From: Yuukianura sp. NJ FZ-2021
Lineage: Eukaryota
Direction of reading: 5' to 3'
DNA length: 64,000 nt
Assembly (NCBI GenBank): GCA_046563655.1
Contig: CM102286.1
Location: forward strand, 9,610,001 to 9,674,000
Position numbers and translations under genes: made by a program. Under the pieces are notes generated by a model. The model was given only the letters and a program-made list of their open reading frames with translations. It was not told the DNA's origin and ran no database searches. This document shows, in pieces, positions 51,098-62,876 of the stretch (its first letter is position 1; the number at the start of each line of letters is the position of its first letter).

Positions 51098-52170
51098 GCT
51101 CCCTGCGGGTCCTAAGCCCATGGAGCTCAAAATATTTTACAAATAAAGTTATAGCTTTCCGGAGTTTGTTCGATTAATTTCTATTTATAAATGAAATCTG
51201 TTTATCAATAAATTGAATTTAGCTAAATCGATGAAATATTAAAAAGGGATATCAAATTTCGTATTTGTATGAAGTGAGAAAAACAAATAGATTGTTCGAA
51301 AACTAAACAGAAGAAGAATTTGGGATAGTAGCTTGGCAGAAGTCGTAGAGTTTTCATCGTTTCCTTCCATCTTTTAGTCGTTCAATAGCCTCCTTCATCT
51401 TGACTTTGTTGGGAGTTCTGTTGATTTGATCCACGGAATTGTTGTTGACTGCACCGTAAAGACGAGTTGCTTCATCAACAAATCCTTCTTTTCCATTTGC
51501 TGTTGTAGCTGCTTTCAATGGCAGTAACCTCAACACTTGGCTATCTTTTCTTGTTGGCGTTTTTATGTTTTCGTGTACTGGGTGTTGGATTTTAGACTGT
51601 GAAAGGGTAGCATCGTGGGAAGAAAGTTCTGAGATTTGCTGAGTAGACGCTGGGTCAGGAATTCCGCGCGTTCCTTTTTTAACTTTTTTTTTCGCATGGA
51701 ATTAGGATTTTGATTCGACGAATGGTTATGAAGATGGTCGCGCTGATTGGATTCACTTTCGATTAAAATATGCCCCATCGCCAATTCCGGATTTTGGAAC
51801 TTGGGCATCGATGCACCGAATTCGGAAGTGGTAACGGGCTGTGTATTTATGACTGCTGGAGAGTTTTTGATGGAACAATCTGTGTTCAGAGATATGTTGG
51901 ATGTTGTGATTATGTCACCAACTTGCCAGCGTGATGTGGAGAATGTCTTTGGATTGGGATTGGATGGATTTGTTTTCCTGTACTCCGGGCCTAAGTCGCC
52001 CGAGATTCCGATGCCTGACACTTTGAGCAGGTGACATTGACTGAAAAGTATGGCTTTGTCTTTCAAGCTTTTCATCGTTATAAGTAAAGTACCGTTCTTT
52101 CCGAAGAGTTTAACTTTTTGAACTGGTACCCGAGCTCCTAGTTTCTGATAAATCCATGGCGAAACCTCTT
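51098..52170 (-). mobile_element. Second, 5'-truncated ORF1-type retroelement fragment
   Basis: LLITMKSLKDKAILF...GIGISGDL resembles an ORF1 C-terminus; carries the same 29-nt stem-loop (51098-51126) as the element at 49386-50618. Confidence 0.5.
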
Positions 52171-52250
52171 CGGTTAGGTTAGGTTAAGTGTTTATTGAGA
52201 GTGGACTTAACCCTATCTTCTCACTTTAGGTGAACTAACCTCTCTTCTAG

Positions 52251-52503
52251 TAGTACCAAGATTGCTATAGCGACCATTTGTTCTAAAATGGCGTAAGAGG
52301 TTTTGCCATAACTCCGATTTTCAAAAAAAAAACAAGAAAAAACAATTTTGGTACGAATTTCATACGAATCACATTTGATTCAGATGGCGAGAGGCAACGA
52401 ATCGCAGAAAAAATTCAAAACAAACAATATTTCTTAAACCGTAGTTATGACATAACCTGATACGCCATTTGTATAAATGGTTGCTATAGCAATCTTGAGT
52501 AGT
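52251..52503. mobile_element. MITE with imperfect TIRs
   Basis: CAAGATTGCTATAGCGACCATTT inverted as AAATGGTTGCTATAGCAATCTTG. Confidence 0.7.
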
Positions 52504-53727
52504 ACTGAGTAATGCTCATCTCATCTCAGTCACTTCAGATTTAATTCTAATGCTAGTTCTAAAGTTTAGTTGAAATTAAAGTGAAATTATTTGGGCGCCT
52601 AACGCCAGAAAAGTTTCAGTTATCTTAATTCTAAATAGATTTTGTGTAAACACTACAGCCTATTTTCCTGCCCTATTGCTATGTAAATGTTACGTAAGAA
52701 AATATACCTTCGAACAACGCAACGTTGGCTGTACTTCGTAGAGTTAACATGGTTTCTACGTATTTATTTTTTGTTAAATCCTTGACTGAGAATTTACGTA
52801 GCGCTAACCGTTGCATACTAACATAATAGCAAAGGTTACACGAATCCCACATTCGCGACGTAGCATTTACGTTGTATTTATGTTTGGTGTTTATGGGATG
52901 TCTTTCTAAATTTGGTGCAATAATAACGTAAAATAAAATTTGTACTTTTTTTTTCGATACAATACAAAAGGTTTGGTTGTTTGGGCTGAGCGCGGGAGAT
53001 TATGCCAGCTCACGCACATCTGGTTTGGGAAATACCACCTGAAAGTTTTTCCCGTCATTTCCTTTTCCCCTGGCGATTACATTAGCTCCTAAACTCATTA
53101 AAGTATGTATAAGTTAGGTTAGTCAAGCAATTATAGAACGTATTTGATGTTTTAGTTTGTAATGAGTTTGACACACCAAAGAATTAAATTGAGAAGATCA
53201 ATGACTCAGTATAAAGTGTACGTCAGCTTTCTCCAATGCTTTTTCCTTCGCGGCCTAACGGAACAACATTGTGTATTGTAGAAAAGAAAACTTTATTAAG
53301 TATGTAACTAACTATTCATATTTTCATTATGCTTTTATTCTCGGCAACGTTGGTAAACACGAAAATTGTTGATTCCTACATCAGGTTATTCAATAACGCG
53401 ACGTTTTTGAATTTTGTTAAATAATTCACAAAATTTGCTTCGCCATGCCTTTCTATGGTAATGATTTGTGTGTAATGTAACGAAATTGGTGCTAAAGTTG
53501 TTTTCACTCAATTTTTATAAAACTCGGAGGTATTGAGCAACCTCTTGTAGCAATACAATTGGTTGCTATAGCAACCTTGATTCTCGGTTAGTACCAAGCG
53601 AGAATGCAAGTCAGAATTTTGCATTAAGCTTTTTACAGACCAAGAATTAACATGAATCGATTTGTAAATTATAAGTGAAAGTAAATTTTTACCTAAGAAG
53701 CTACTTTTAAAGTTACGCAGGTTTTCG

Positions 53728-54003
53728 GGGTCGGGCAAAAGGTCGGATCTCGGACTCCTTGGAGTTGTATGAGGGGTGCACCTGCACAGAGTCGATCCAC
53801 AGACTCTATTACGGAACAGGTTAGGTTTGGGAAAAATCTTACCAAACCTAACCATTTAAATGGGTACTCAAATCGGTAGAATTTGAGCAACTGATTTTTT
53901 TTTAAACCCGAGGAGTCCGAGCCGAGCTACACAATCCGAGGAATCCAACGTTACAATATGCACCCCTCATACAAATCCGAGAATCCGACTTTTAGCCTGG
54001 CCC
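53728..54003. mobile_element. Degenerate MITE upstream of the CEP43-like gene
   Basis: TTGTATGAGGGGTGCA inverted as TGCACCCCTCATACAA, with flanking similarity; internal GGTTAGGTT/AACCTAACC. Confidence 0.6.
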
Positions 54004-54259
54004 AGATTTTTGATCCCTCACGAAGGATTGCCATTTGTTATTTGTTTGAGTTTTTCAGTTTTTGACATTTTTGACTAGTTTGAGTGAGAGTGAGTGAGCG
54101 AAAAACTTGGTTGGGTCTCCTAACAAATTTTTGACTAACACAACAAGAACTACAACAACAGCGGATCTCGTCCCGATTGTTGAAGTTAGAAGTTACGCTT
54201 CGTGTAGCTTCCTTCCACTACTTACTTAACTTACTAAAATAAGGACATTGTGACACACG

Positions 54260-55585
54260 ATGGATTCCCTTCCAAGTGACACGTTGAGTACTAGTGGAGT
54301 AGGCGTTGAAGTAGAAGCGGACATCATTGAGCTGGAAGATTTAACATGTACTCTGATGGAGAAAACTGGCTTCATGTCGTACATCAAAACTCAAGTACTT
54401 CAATTCGTTGAAGAAAACGGGAGCTTTACCCACGATGAAGTTACCGTTAGTAACATAGAGTATTTATACCTGCATATCGTTAAGCACGCTGAATATCTAT
54501 TTCATTCAATGATTAGGTCATTCCAGAGCGAGTTAACCCAACCCTGATGTCCAACATTTATGAATACCTCAAGTGGATTGGAATGGAGAACACATGTACA
54601 CATCTTTTGGCAGAGGCACCCATCCAAGTTTCCACTGATGCATCGAAAGATACTGAACCAGCGTTGCTCAAAATATTTAAGGCTGTGACTACAGATCCTT
54701 TGGACAAGCCTGATTTACCAAGCGGGCATATGTAATGACGGCAATATCACTAAGGATATCCTCGTCGTTACGTGTTCATTGTTATAATTTTCATTTATTT
54801 GACGTATTTCTAGCGATCATTCTGCCTCTCTTCAGAAAAAGATCAACTCCACGTATGAAGTTCCGACTAACAAAGAGGTTGAAAATGTCTCCAAAGTCTC
54901 AGTAGAGGAACGTTCAGAGAACTCACTCAAATCCGACGAAACTGAAAAAACTGAGGACATCACTGTAGACTCGAATCCTGAAGATGTTCCCAATGCCAAT
55001 ACAATTACACGATTTTGCCTTCCTGGAGAAGGGTAAGCACATTTTAATCGCGCAATACAGTATCCTAACCGTATTAATCATGTAATACGTTAGTAACAAT
55101 GATTTATTAATGCACAAACCGAATTATATAGGATTCCTCCCACTGCTGATGCCTCCGCCGCACCTTCCGAAGCTGTAGAAACAAAACCTGGCACGAAGCA
55201 ATTGGACAATTCTGTATCTTCAGATCAAAACACTGAAAAGGACAAACAGCCGGACGTTCGTGGTGATAGTATTAGTGCCTCTAGCAGCGGTGGCCGTCCC
55301 GTTCAACCGTAAGCAGTTGTGTGTATTGTGGGGTACTAATTCGTCATCTATTGTTCTTATACAATTCTAATCTGTGTCTTAATTAGAACCACCGACAAGC
55401 CAAGTGTTCCAGACGCTGTGAGACCCTCCGAAGACGTTGAAGCCGAAGGCAGTGTCATGTCTTCAATCATGGATGACTCGGAATTGATGTCAGACCTCAG
55501 TATGTATCAAAGCACTGAAGACGTTTCAGTTCCGTCCAACGTCACCGGCCTCTCTTCGGCAGAGTACCAAGTCAATCTAAAGTAA
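54260..55585 (+). CDS. LisH/FOP-dimerisation-domain protein with acidic tail, CEP43/FGFR1OP-like, about 5 exons
   Basis: LMEKTGFMSYIKTQV then LMSNIYEYLKWIGMENTCTHLLAEA (LisH pattern); low-complexity acidic exons; TAA 55583-55585; AATAAA downstream. Confidence 0.6.
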
Positions 55586-56017
55586 CATTCCGCACGTCCA
55601 AAAAATCTAACAAACTCAGCGCCATAGCCACACTTCTCCACAAAAATTCCTAAGAAAAATCCTCATCTTCATCAGTCACTATGTATATAAAATGAAGGTA
55701 CAACCTTGAAGACTTTTACACAAATAAATAAAACTAACCGGATTGGCCGTTTGAGCTTAATGTCAATCTTGTTTTGAAACAAAGACAGTTAAGTCTAATA
55801 AGCTTTAATGCGAGTTGTTGTAACCGGTATGAACAAGGACAAGGAAAACTTCAAAAATAAAAAATGCAAACGCATATCGAGTACAATAATTATAACGAAT
55901 ATTTACAACACGACCAGTTGTAACTTTTGTACAATGTAACTATAGACACGGAGGCTAAATTGAACTGAGAGCGTATCGGACTCTGAATAACAATTAATCT
56001 TACATACTAATGATTGC

Positions 56018-59000
56018 TTAAAAGCCTTCGTCTTCCTCGGGTGCGAAATCCTTGAGAAGAGTGAAAACTCTGGATACCATTTCTTCCGTGAACTCATCCG
56101 TTGACAAATTCGGGAATTCAGTCAACAATTTCTGGATAGTTTCGTCATCCAACTTGCTGCAGTCAGTAGAGGCTGAAACATTTTCTGCCATGCTTGGAGC
56201 CAGTTCCAGCAAATTCGGAACACTGAAGACTCCGAGTAGCGAATCTATTTGAACGACATGGAGAGGCTGTTCTGGTAGTTTGCAAATTAGACGAGTAGTC
56301 GTTTTCCTATTACAAAAATGTAAAGCTCAGTCACGTGTAAAACATTATCTTGATTTAAGAAAAGTTATTAAATATTGAAGCAACTTACGATAGCGGAGTT
56401 TCTGAATCGGAAACAATATCAATTTTCCTGCTAATGAAGGCGGCAATTTCCTTGGATTTCTTGAGAATGAGACTTGAATTGACAGTTTGTGTCAAACAAG
56501 GAACGTCTGTTGACGAAGTATTAACTGGAAGCGGTACAGCTCCTATTTCCGTTTGCGCAGCAGCGATAGGGACGCTCCTTTTTGGTGTTGTCGGCTTCTT
56601 CGACTCATTTTGTCCCGTCTTAGGCATTCCAGGTACCTTCGGTATAGGGACGGGCATCAATTGGCGAAAGGGCGACGCAGGAGAATCCTTAGCATTTGGA
56701 GTGAAAGATCCCCATATGAGATTATCGGTTCCACGTACCCAGTTGTCTTCAACGAGACTTTTCGCCAATTGTTCTTGTTCATTAGTCAATGATCGAGCAA
56801 GAGGACGAGAAGAAGTTGGAGTGGTGGTGTAGCTTGCCGATCGAAAGTCTGTTCCCATAGGCATATTTGGTTTCCTCCAGCTGCTGAAATTGTCTAGTGT
56901 TATTTGCCGCGGAGATTTCCTGGGAGCAGGCAAACGGCCGACAACGGACGAACCACGTTCAGAAACGACACTGCGCTGGTCCAGCATGGAATAGCATAGA
57001 GCTCCGTTGGCAGAAACTAAGTTTGCTCGATGTCGCTTTGGGGCTGGTGAATCAAATAAGGGTGTTCGTGACCCTTCACTATGACAGGACTGGAGCTTTG
57101 CGTAAAACTCTGTATCCGAGATTGATCCTGACCCTGGATTTCTTGCATAAAAGTTCTGCATTGGTAGTTGAGCGTATGACTTGGAAGGAGCATGGTCAGG
57201 CTGGCCTTGTGGCACTTGCTGAACAACGGTACTATTCTGTAAACAAAAACATTACTTTTATACTGATTTACACTTAAAGTATAGTATAAGTAAGCCATGC
57301 CTCAAGGTTTCCACCAGCATCTTTCATTCTTCCAAAGGTTAAATCGTTTTCCATGAAAGAGGAGGAGGTGGCAGCCGAAGTAGATGAACTCAGTGCTGTC
57401 GAAATAGCGATTGTGGATTCCATTTCCCCCACTTCCTTCTGAATTGAATTCGCTAAACCGTTGCCGTCAGAAATTTGTTTCTTTTCAAAGCCACTGGTCT
57501 GTAAAACGCAAAACACAGGGAAATAAATGCCACATTTCTGACAAATTCCAACCACTACTGAGTAAGTCTTTCTGAAACCGGTAAATGTCAAAACCAGCGT
57601 ATTTTTTAATCTGGCTGAAACTTGGCATGGATGAAGTTACCACCAAAGGAGAATTTTTGGCTATCTTGATTTTGACCTTTGACCTTCAAGATGGCGGCCA
57701 GGTCAGGGCAAAGTTGGTAAAAATGGTTCCTTTGGACTAGGATAACTCCGGAACGAAACCACATATCGACATGGGGTCAACGGCAAATTGAATCCCATTA
57801 AATTCCCCAGATCCATTTTTCTTGCGGTGTCCCTAGGTGCCCTTGACCCTTGAGGTCAAGGGTCAGCCCTTATGACAACCCTTGGCAAGTAGTACCTCAT
57901 TGGAAAGCTCTCGTCAAGCTGATTCGGAATATATATAGGTGTTTATGCTTTCGAGTTACCCCTTGACCTACAGAGGTCAAGGAGTGATTTTTTGACCCTG
58001 GAACGCATATCATGACCTCTGTAGGTCAAGGGGTCACTCGAAAGCATAAACACCTATATATATTCCGAATCAGCTTGACGAGAGCTTTCCAATGAGGTAC
58101 TACTTGCCAAGGGTTGTCATAAGGGCTGACCCTTGACCTCAAGGGTCAAGGGCACCTAGGGACACCGCAAGAAAAATGGATCTGGGGAATTTAATGGGAT
58201 TCAATTTGCCGTTGACCCCATGTCGATATGTGGTTTCGTTCCGGAGTTATCCTAGTCCAAAGGAACCATTTTAACCAACTTTGCCCTGACCTGGCCGCCA
58301 TCTTGAAGGTCAAAGGTCAAAATCAAGATAGCCAAAAATTCTCCTTTGGTGGTAACTTCATCCATGCCAAGTTTCAAAAAAATCAAAAATATCGATGGTC
58401 AATTTTTTTTCCAGATTTACCGGTTTCACAAAGACTTACTCTACTATTAGTGAAATAAAACAATTTTACCTTCGCTGGACTTTTACTGAAGTTTTCCTTC
58501 GAGACTCTGGGAATATCTTCTAGAAAAGCGAGTATGTTTTGGGTGCGGAGTTCCTCTGCCGGCTTTTCGCTAACACTGCTAACTTTTGGTGCAATAGAGC
58601 AGGAGTCCGTGTTGTTGCAGGGATCTACAGCCTTCTCCTGAGTAACAATTGGGTCAACCGCAAGAGGCTTAGGCCTCCCTTCCTGTCCATTTGGATTCGA
58701 TTGGATCCGATGGTCAATGTTCTCTTTAATTGCACTGAAGTCGACAGGATAGAAGTTCTTGAGCAATGCCTCCATTTCTTCCAGAATTTGGTTCTGTGGG
58801 GAATTAATTTCAGCAAAGAAACCATAAGCAAGCTCCAAATAGCAATATTGTTTATTTGTCAAAGTTGTGCTCACCTCATTTTGAAGAAAAACTTTTGACT
58901 TGTTAATTTCTCTATTAAAGTCTACGAGAGCTGAAGGCGCAGTAATCTTGACGAGTGCAACTGGATACTTTCCTTTGAGATTTGCTTGACTGAGTCCAGA

Positions 59001-60268
59001 TTGGATTGCTCCAAATATGTACTGCTGAAGCATTTTCTCCAAACGGCTAATCTGAACTCGCCTTCTGTTAAGAAGGATAATGCACATTTTGTTTGAGGAA
59101 AACGTCATCAGCTTAGCATCAATTGGAGCTTTTGGGAGATGGCACTCCAACTGCGTCAACATATGTTGATGTTGATAATTCGAAGGAATGTCGATCGGTC
59201 CGCATTTTGAAAGTTGTTTTGCTAGTTGTACACCCAGGACTGATCCCAAGGCTTCCTCAGTTGTTTTCAATACAGGTTTGTTCCAAATCGAATTACCATT
59301 GTGAGCTAGGTTAAGGTACACCTAAAAGGAGGATAATTCAAAGTGTTTAAATTGACCGAACAAGTACCCACAACGTAGTCTCTGTCACGTCTTCCCAAGT
59401 GTTGGGAATGGGTAATCGGAATTCGGAAATCGACTGCAGAAAGCTATCCAAACAAACTTACTGTGGGATTAGCGAGACCGACAGACTTGAGGTAGTGTTC
59501 AATTTCCTTCAACTCGGCAACTGTTCTCCATTTTTCTTTTCCTAGATTCCGGCGGACGGGAAAAAGCGAGAAAAGATCTTTAACAATCACTGTGGTACCG
59601 CGACCATTCCCAGTTCGACTTTGTCCGACAATTTTTCCGGTATCATCGAGCGTAAATTTTACAGCATGTGGTTCAGTTTCTGTTTTAGTGATGATGGTTA
59701 CCGCACCAAACGAACAAATGGACGACAAAGCTTCACCACGAAATCCATATTCGCTTCCACAACCTACAAATTCAAAAGAAATTATATCAAATCTAAGTCC
59801 TTGAACAAACCTGTTCATCGGGAACGTTTTGGTAGTTCGAGATCATCGCTATTGTACTTACTAAGGTGGTTGGTGTCTTCAAGTTTAGAAGAATAACCCC
59901 CGGAGACTGCAGATTTGATCTGACTTTGATGAATTCCATGACCGTCATCTCGTACTTCGATTTTGTCTAATCCATAGTTATCCTGGTTTCAAAAATAAAA
60001 TAATTAGTTATAAGATGATATTTCGCCGCAAGCATACCTCCATATGTATGTATGTATGAACCACTGCTCAATTACTGCACAGATACGAGATAACCACCAC
60101 AACACTTACCAGTAGAACCTGTATCCTTCCTGACCCAGCATCAATTGAATTATCTACCAGTTCCCGTATAACGTCCGAGACTTTGGTGATAATCTGTCCT
60201 CTTCTAAAAAGTGTTGAGATGCTGGTATCCAACTTCACGACGGGGGACGAACAAGACGTCAGATCCAT
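56018..60268 (-). CDS. PMS1: MutL-family mismatch-repair protein, PMS1-like, multi-exon
   Basis: GHKL motifs RELVDNSIDAG, DNYGLDKIEVRDDGHG, YGFRGEALSSIC, GTTVIVKDLF...PVRR; transducer VDFNREINKSKVFL; NYGxDKIEVRD is characteristic of vertebrate-type PMS1. Confidence 0.85.
57560..58441. mobile_element. 882-bp palindromic non-autonomous DNA transposon (Sola-like) in a PMS1 intron
   Basis: GAG...CTC termini; 4-bp TSD TACT (57556-57559 / 58442-58445); near-perfect inner arms about 57616-57979 and 58013-58376. Confidence 0.88.
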
Positions 60269-60577
60269 GTTTCAGATTTGGATTCGGATACAGAAACTAC
60301 TGCCTGTGAAATTGTAGATCGGCGTTGACATTGTTTGTTCCAAACTCCCGAACAGCACTACTGGAGGGAGGTTGTCAACGAATGAATGAAAAGCAAATCT
60401 CTGAAGGTTGGTGCTTACTGCTTACATTAAACTGAAAGCTGAAACCGAAGTATTGAACTGATGATGAGCCACCAATATAATATCAATCAAATTCTAATTG
60501 TTGAAACTTCAAACTTCGGAAACAAAACAGTACTCCGCGATGTACATAAACAAAAGAAAAGAAATTTAAAATTATAG

Positions 60578-61079
60578 GGGATCCCCTAACAGGCGGAACG
60601 CGGAAAAGGCGGAAAGTCGCGCACTATACGAAGAAAAGGCGGAAACCCGCGCACTATACGAGGAAAAGGCGGAAACCCGCGCACTATACGAGGAAAAGGC
60701 GGAAACCCGCGCACTATACGAGGAAAAGGCGGAAACCCGCGCACTATACGAGGAAAACGCGGATTAGAGCGTACTATACAAGGAAAACGCGGATTAATGC
60801 GTGTTGTGCTAGTAAATGCTTGTAAACAAATTAAGTTAACAAATTATTAACAGGTTAGGCTAACCTAACCTAACCTTAATTGATTCACCTTTAATTATGT
60901 TTAATTAACTAAATTCTAAAAGATCCTAAATTCTAGCATAGTTTAAAATGTTTTTATTTGAACAACGGCCAATAATTCGCGTTTCCTCGTATAGTGCGCG
61001 AGTTTCCGCCTTTTCCTCGTACAGTGCGCGGCTTTCCGCCTTTTCCGCCTTTTCCACTTTCCGCCTTTTAGGGGATCCC
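60578..61079. mobile_element. Mutator/MULE-like MITE with internal 30-bp tandem repeats
   Basis: TIR GGGATCCCCTAA; perfect 9-bp TSD AAATTATAG (60569-60577 / 61080-61088); unit GAGGAAAAGGCGGAAACCCGCGCACTATAC about 6 times at 60602-60795. Confidence 0.92.
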
Positions 61080-61965
61080 AAATTATAGAACTGGATAATG
61101 GGTTGGCGTAAGGGTTGTAAATATCAGTTGTTCATTGTAGCTTCACGCTGTATTCACTTTGCGGCTACAATAAATAAAAAAGTAAAGCCGCTGTGCGGCT
61201 ACTTTATGGCCACTTTAGTTAGATTTGGTTAGGTTGGACCGCTACAAATGTTGCCATCCGCGGGGTGTCACCTCCTCTTGCAGCCACAATGGTTACACTG
61301 TGCGGCTACAATGACGCTCGTTAAATTTTTGCTCAACCGGATAGAGAGAACATTTTCGTTTCCCGCTGGTTTTGGGATTCATTTAGGTAAAAAGATGATG
61401 TTGTTTAAGTGAAATTAAATCAATTTTGCACTCTTTCAAATAATATTTATAACTCACCCCAATTTAAACAATAGTTTACTAAATATGTTTAAGTTTGAAT
61501 ATAGGCATATCCACAAAATTTTTGCGTACCAGATTGCAGTAGTGTTTTGACTTAACTTATTTTCTGGATTCTTTAAAATTATTGAACATAGAAATGGACT
61601 TTGTTTTAAGCTTGAAAAGTTTTAAACGTTTAGAAAATCACGAAGCCTACTAAAAATTTTAGTATTTTTAAAAATCAATTACTTATTAGCACAATTGATT
61701 GAAATACTACATAGTACACTAACATATTTTTATTAAAATTCCGAATGTTTATTTTATATTTGTAAGTTGCAAGGTCTGAGCAGTTTTCCTTTCTCCTCAT
61801 GGGTAGCGACCACCACCTCCAGGTTTAAAAATATCAGAATTCCTATAAAAGATTAATTAAATTTCTGAGTCTGCTTTGGTTTGATTGAATGCTCGAATGA
61901 AGTGTCCGCCTACCTTTTTTTTTGGAGTAAATCAGTAATTAAATAGCGGTCATCCACAGTTTAAA

Positions 61966-62876
61966 TCACAGAAATCCAGAGTGAGTCCTTATTGTTCTCG
62001 ATAGAAGGAAAACAGAAACAGAAAGAATTCCCACAAGCGTTGAACTTCCAAACGCAGCGCCGTGTCCAGCACCATCACCTAAAGGAAGGCAGAATACACA
62101 AAAAAAAAAGTGCACCACATTACATGTAAGATTTGTATTTGGAGAGAGCGGAAGAAAGCAAATTTCAAATTGAATCAGTTTGACGTTTCCATGTCGTTGG
62201 AGATACTGCCTCCCTCATCTTCTATATCCCCTGCTTTCCCTGAAGCCCGATCTCAATGTTATATCTTTCCTGCTGTCTCTTTTTTCTTCTTCATAAAATT
62301 GGAATTTTTTTTAGTTCTTTTCATACCCCAGACTCCTGCAATATTCTTATCGAGTATCGATACATTTCTTATCCTTTTATCCGAAGGCATCATCTTACTC
62401 CTTTTTGTTTCTTTTTACATTTTTTAGTTGTTTTTGTTCTTTTATTCGTTTGTTGGTATCTTTCATGTTTTTTTTCAGTTTTGAGCTTTTTTCTTTCGTT
62501 TTTTTTTTGTAAAAAAATCGGTTTCAGTTTCGTTAAAAACCGACCGGAGGGCGATTTGCGTGTACTTACCCATGCTTCCACCCCTGAGTTCCAACGACCC
62601 TACAACAAAAATTATAAACAAAATTTTGAAAGGTTTTGGAGAATGGAGATTCTCCATTGGAGAAGCATTATAAACCAATTCATTTAACGGTAATTTGGAA
62701 TTTTACCTGGTTCATAAACTGTCTCCTTCCGAACTGCATAGTCAGTATTTGGAATTGTTAGCTCACAATCAAATGAAGACGTCATTGACGAAAAATTCGT
62801 TTCCTTCATGACCTTGTGGACTCGAATATCGTAGGCACCGTTCCTGTAACTTGTCTCCACGTTTAAATCTTCTACC
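61966..62876 (-). CDS. Last two exons of a probable arthropod Ig-domain surface protein; 5' exons not identified
   Basis: Exon 62876-62707 (GAYDIRVH...FDCELTIPNTDYAVRKETVYEPG) splices in phase to exon 62078-61966, which encodes a hydrophobic GPI-signal-like tail and TGA. Confidence 0.55.

Noticed and set aside
62110..62687. Hydrophobic Phe-rich ORFs as membrane proteins
   Set aside because: Artefact of T-rich intronic sequence.
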